A stretch of DNA of 64,000 bases, from contig JAQBYT010000002.1 of assembly GCA_027622665.1 (NCBI GenBank), positions 160,001 through 224,000 on the forward strand. The letters are read 5' to 3'. Of this stretch, positions 61,312 to 64,000 are shown in pieces. Below the pieces are notes generated by a model. It worked only from the letters and a program-made list of their open reading frames with translations. It ran no database searches and was not told the DNA's origin. A program made the position numbers and the translations under genes. The stretch comes from Verrucomicrobiota bacterium. GTDB taxonomy: Bacteria > Verrucomicrobiota > Verrucomicrobiia > Opitutales > Seribacteraceae. How positions within the stretch are numbered: the stretch's first letter is position 1; the number at the start of each line of letters is the position of its first letter.

Positions 61312-64000
61312 ATGTCCAACATCATCATCTCTTCCTCTATCCTGATCGTTCTTTTAAGCTTTTGGGCTTCGTCCGTCCAAGCCGTTGAACAAACATTTCG
61401 GGCAGGGGCTTACGTCCAGGACGTGACTGGTTCCTTTGACTCGTATCTGGTCAGTGGAGGGTTCACCGAGCGGAGGCGAGGGAAGATGAACCCCGGAGAT
61501 CTCAAGGCGCGTTGCTTCGTCCTCCAGCGAGGTGAGGTGAGTATCGCGATCGCCATCGTCGACAGTTGCATGATCCCAAGGACCGTCTGCGACCAAGCAA
61601 AGACCTTGGCCTCGAAAGCCACCGGCATTCCGATTGACCGGATCCTCATCGCTGCGACCCATACTCATAGCGCCCCGAGTGTTATGAATTACTGCCTCGG
61701 TACAATGGCCGACCCTGCCTACACCAAATTCCTACCCCCGAAGATTGCCGAGAGCATCCGGCAGGCCCACGACAAGTTGGAACCCGCCCGCATCGGGTGG
61801 ACCCAAGTGGGTGCACCCGGGCTGACTCATTGCCGCCGCTGGATTACCAGACCGGACCGCATGCAATTCGATCCCTTCGGTAACAGGACCGTCCGGGCCA
61901 TGATGCATCCGGGTTACCAAAACCAGAATTACGTCGGCCCATCCGCTCCGGTCGACGATCAACTTTCCCTGATTTCCATTCAAACTTCGAAGGGCAAACC
62001 TCTCGCCGTGCTGGCCAACTTCTCGATGCATTATCATGGCGGTACCGGACCGGCGGATTATTTCGGACTCTTTGCCGACCGCCTGGCCAAGCGCTTGGAA
62101 TCCGAAGGACGCATTCCGGTTTGCGCCATGTCGCAGGGGACCAGCGGCGACCTGCACTGGATGAATTACGGAAAACCCAACAAGGGCTCCAATGCCTCCC
62201 GCTATGCGGATGGACTTGTTCAGCTTGCGGCTCAGGCACTGGAAAAGATTCGCTATCAAGACACTCCGCCTTTGGGCATGGAGCAAAAGATCATCACCTT
62301 GTCGCGGCGGTTGCCCGATGTGGAACGTCTCGCCTGGGCCGACAAATTGCTCGCCGACATGAAGGGTCGACGGCCTAAAAACCGGCCCGAGGTCTATGCG
62401 GAACAGGCTCGGTTTATTCACGATAACCCAACCGAAAAGCTGGTCCTGCAAACCCTCCGTATCGGCGACCTGGGCATCACCACGCTCCCCAACGAAGTCT
62501 ATTCGATCACCGGACTGAAGCTCAAGGCCCGCAGCCCCTTTCCCGCTACCTTCAACATCGAGTTGGCCAACGGAGCGGCTGGGTACATTCCACCACCCGC
62601 CCAACATGCCCTTGGCGGATACACGACCTGGCCTGCTCGCACGGCAGGGCTCGAGGTCGGGGCGGAACCCAAGATCGTGGAGACGCTGCTCAGTTCCTTG
62701 GAGACCTTGGCCGGTAAACCGCGCCGCGACCCTGCCGCTACTCATGCCGCTACTCATGCCGCTTACGTGAAAGCTATCTTGGCAGAGAAGCCATTGGCCT
62801 ACTGGCGCTGCGAGGAATTTGAGGGAGAACGATTGGCGGATGCTTCCGGCAACGACCTTCATGGTGAAATCGAAGGCGTGGTGGCTTACCATATGCCCGG
62901 CCCTGAGAACGCGTCGTTTTCCGGAGACTCGCGGAATGCTTCCCTCCAACTGGCCGGCGGTACGGTTTCCGCAAACCTGCCCGATGCCCGTAGCCTGTCC
63001 TTCTGGTTTTGGAACGGAATGTCGAGTTCGGTACGAGACAACACGGGAGACCTCGTTGCCCAGGGCGAATCCTTCAAGTTGCGTATCGGGGGCAAGGCGG
63101 ATGGTGGAGCCCGTGGCCACTTGGTTCTGCAGGTCGGTGAAAAGGAATTCAAGGGAACCACGGAACTGAGTTTACGGACTTGGCGCAAAGTTTTGCTTTC
63201 TTGGGACGGTTCCAGCCTCTATCTTTTCCTCGACGGTAATCCCGAACCCGAGGTTCAAGCCGAACTGTCGGACCAGCCATCGGGACTATGGCGCTTGGGT
63301 GGCGAACTACCCTTCGAGGGACGGATCGATGAGGTCGCCTGGTTCAAGTCTTCACTATCCGGTAAGGACGCCAAGCGGTTCCATGCCCTCTCCGGCATAA
63401 CTCCGCCGCCGAAACCTCCGCCTCCGCGACCGACGATGAAGCGCGGGTCGACCGATGCCTATGCCAAGGCGGTCATGCAATCCAAGCCCCTTGCCTTTTG
63501 GCGCCTGCGTGATTCGGCCAAAGATAGCGCCCCCAAGGCTCATCACGGCAAGTTCGAGAAAGGTGTCGGGTCCAAGGCCCCCGATCAGGATGGCTACTCC
63601 TTCAAGGGGGGGCGAATGCGAGCTGAGATTGAAGGGATCGGCGACGTCTACAGCATCGAGTTCTGGTTCCGCAACAGCCTGCCTAATAACAGTCGTCCCG
63701 TGACCGCTTATCTTTTCTCCCGCGGTCCGGATGGCTTGACATCAGCTGACGGTGATCAACTCGGCATCGGTGGAACCTACGCTGCGACCGGTCATCTCAT
63801 CGTCTACCACGGCAACACCTCTCAGAAACTACTCACCGGTAAAACCAAGGTGGAGCCCGACAGTTGGCACCACGTTGCCATGGTGCGCGACGGCGAGAGC
63901 ATCCGGGTCTACCTCAACGGAAACCCCAAGCCCGATATTGATGGCAGGTTAGTCCGTTCCTATCCGAAGGCCCATCCGCAGTTCTTCCTCGGTGGCCGCA
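61312..64000 (+). CDS. Secreted neutral/alkaline-ceramidase-like protein with C-terminal LamG domains (3'-truncated by the window)
   Basis: Absent from the ORF track, consistent with no stop before the window end; spot-checked segments from 61312 to 64000 are in one frame. MSNIIISSSILIVLLSFWASSVQA, FRAGA..DVT, ATHTHSAP, LANFSMHY, GYIPP..GGY.TW; then PLAYWR, FEGRIDEVA, SWHHVAMVRDG. Confidence 0.85.
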   Translation, partial: MSNIIISSSILIVLLSFWASSVQAVEQTFRAGAYVQDVTGSFDSYLVSGGFTERRRGKMNPGDLKARCFVLQRGEVSIAIAIVDSCMIPRTVCDQAKTLASKATGIPIDRILIAATHTHSAPSVMNYCLGTMADPAYTKFLPPKIAESIRQAHDKLEPARIGWTQVGAPGLTHCRRWITRPDRMQFDPFGNRTVRAMMHPGYQNQNYVGPSAPVDDQLSLISIQTSKGKPLAVLANFSMHYHGGTGPADYFGLFADRLAKRLESEGRIPVCAMSQGTSGDLHWMNYGKPNKGSNASRYADGLVQLAAQALEKIRYQDTPPLGMEQKIITLSRRLPDVERLAWADKLLADMKGRRPKNRPEVYAEQARFIHDNPTEKLVLQTLRIGDLGITTLPNEVYSITGLKLKARSPFPATFNIELANGAAGYIPPPAQHALGGYTTWPARTAGLEVGAEPKIVETLLSSLETLAGKPRRDPAATHAATHAAYVKAILAEKPLAYWRCEEFEGERLADASGNDLHGEIEGVVAYHMPGPENASFSGDSRNASLQLAGGTVSANLPDARSLSFWFWNGMSSSVRDNTGDLVAQGESFKLRIGGKADGGARGHLVLQVGEKEFKGTTELSLRTWRKVLLSWDGSSLYLFLDGNPEPEVQAELSDQPSGLWRLGGELPFEGRIDEVAWFKSSLSGKDAKRFHALSGITPPPKPPPPRPTMKRGSTDAYAKAVMQSKPLAFWRLRDSAKDSAPKAHHGKFEKGVGSKAPDQDGYSFKGGRMRAEIEGIGDVYSIEFWFRNSLPNNSRPVTAYLFSRGPDGLTSADGDQLGIGGTYAATGHLIVYHGNTSQKLLTGKTKVEPDSWHHVAMVRDGESIRVYLNGNPKPDIDGRLVRSYPKAHPQFFLGGR
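62734..62763 (+). repeat. 12-bp tandem repeat (GCCGCTACTCAT x2.5), in frame
   Basis: Encodes AATH-AATH-AA in the interdomain linker. Confidence 0.85.

Noticed and set aside
61127..61345. 72-aa ORF
   Set aside because: AT-rich intergenic sequence with no motifs; it overlaps the true start at 61312 in another frame.
61732..63120. 462-aa minus-strand ORF
   Set aside because: Antisense to the real + strand gene starting at 61312.

Overview
Gene-dense 64 kb accessory region. Gene content (DUF1552/DUF1592-type cassettes, a PVC-type CxxCH protein, several sulfatases) points to a PVC-superphylum bacterium, probably a marine Verrucomicrobium; this is inferred, not shown. It holds four DUF1552 + DUF1592/1588-type cytochrome cassettes (5 DUF1552 genes, 4 partner genes), four sulfatase loci, four SGNH/SASA esterases, a XylR-type regulator, avtA, a VIT/DUF2135 protein, a CRTAC1-like propeller protein and a long + strand run of secreted or lipoprotein hypotheticals. 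No rRNA, tRNA, CRISPR, integrase or transposase was recognised. Notable observations: a circularly permuted FGE/SUMF1 domain inserted into a CBM-like domain; a 1755-aa heme-protein/dimethylformamidase-like fusion with a nested A-A'-B-B' duplication; a PrcB-C/I9 protease-inhibitor-like fusion; a shared 21-bp-spaced operator-like motif at two loci; a T8 tract that uncouples a sulfatase from its signal peptide; and 7-8 disrupted genes. A 5'-intact ORF from 61312 that runs off the window is missing from the ORF track. All family calls come from motif recognition by eye, not database searches.
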